A model generated the notes under the pieces. It made no database searches and was not told the origin of the DNA. It saw only the letters and a list, made by a program, of their open reading frames with translations. Below are positions 63,520 to 64,000 of a stretch of DNA of 64,000 nt, in pieces. This DNA comes from Selaginella moellendorffii (lineage: Eukaryota; Plantae; Lycopodiophyta), in NCBI RefSeq assembly GCF_000143415.4, contig NW_003314328.1, forward strand, positions 709,889 through 773,888, written 5' to 3'. Both the position numbers and the translations under genes were made by a program. Every line of letters starts with the position of its first letter. Position 1 is the first letter of the stretch.

Positions 63520-64000
63520 TGGCTCGGACTCGGACTCGGGCTCGGGCTCGGTCTCGGCCTCGGCCTCGGTCTTGGTCTCAGTCCCGATCTCGGTCTCGGT
63601 CTCGGTCCCGGTCTTGGTCCTGGTCTCGGTCTCGACTTCGGACTCCATCTCGGGTCCAGCTCGGACTCCATCTCGGACTCCATCTTGGGTCCATCTCGGA
63701 CTCCATCTCGGGTCCATCTCGGACTCCATCTCGGACTCCATCTCGGGTCCATCTCGGGTCCATCTTGGGTCCATCTCGGACTCCATCTTGGGTCCATCTC
63801 GGACTCCATCTCGGACTCCATCTCGGACTCTATCTCGGACTCCATATCGGACTCCATATCGGACTCCACTTCGGGTCCATCTCGGACTCCATCTCGGACT
63901 CCACTTCAGGTCCATCTCGGACTCCATCTTGGACTCCACTTCGGGTCCATCTCGGACTCCACTTCAGGTCCATCTTGGACTCCACTTCAGACTCCATATC
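63520..64000 (-). repeat. 6/12-bp minisatellite (CTCGGACTCCAT)n and (CTCGGT)n, running off the window end
   Basis: Direct inspection. Confidence 0.95.

Larger units (their letters stand above)
51489..64000 (-). mobile_element. Inverted related LTR inserted into the gag remnant, itself split by the DNA transposon (pieces 51489-51560 and 62683 to >64000)
   Basis: tgtaagcgactaatttttcc resembles the reverse complement of the 50641 LTR end (tgtaagccataaatttttcc). The right piece carries the reverse-complement 12-bp satellite. Confidence 0.65.

Noticed and set aside
63430-63939. MESE/SPRW repeat ORFs (and the EIES ORFs at 49.5-49.9 kb)
   Set aside because: Translations of 12-bp satellites.

Overview
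Eukaryotic plant DNA. Very short introns, tight gene packing, a PLS-type PPR gene and WASHC2/CCDC24 homologues suggest a non-flowering land plant, most likely Selaginella (inference). 1-36 kb is gene-dense: a giant Glu-rich tandem-repeat ORF, an O-methyltransferase with two collapsed paralogues, TIM21, CCDC24-like, tRNA-Lys, CtpA, NRPB5, a SWIB protein, an HSD-like SDR, a PPR-E gene, CWC27, tRNA-Leu, WASHC2/FAM21, a hidden AT-rich PD-(D/E)xK gene, an REase+pseudokinase gene, an SCP-like phosphatase and two tau GSTs. 36-64 kb is a transposon nest: a Tat-type PBS/LTR, a complete 4.9-kb Ty3/gypsy element with TSD, a decayed aRH-RT-RH-INT pol, and satellite-bearing LTRs. The standout is an apparently intact ~11.1-kb TIR DNA transposon (51561-62682). 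It encodes a DDD-type transposase and, divergently, one large spliced protein with ParB/Srx-like, methyltransferase-like, acidic and HAD/NIF-phosphatase regions. The element carries about 21 copies of a 22-bp palindrome (ATGGCRTGWG-NN-CWCAYGCCAT), several placed one per micro-intron. This looks like a ParB/parS-like or VANC-like self-recognition system inside a eukaryotic transposon.
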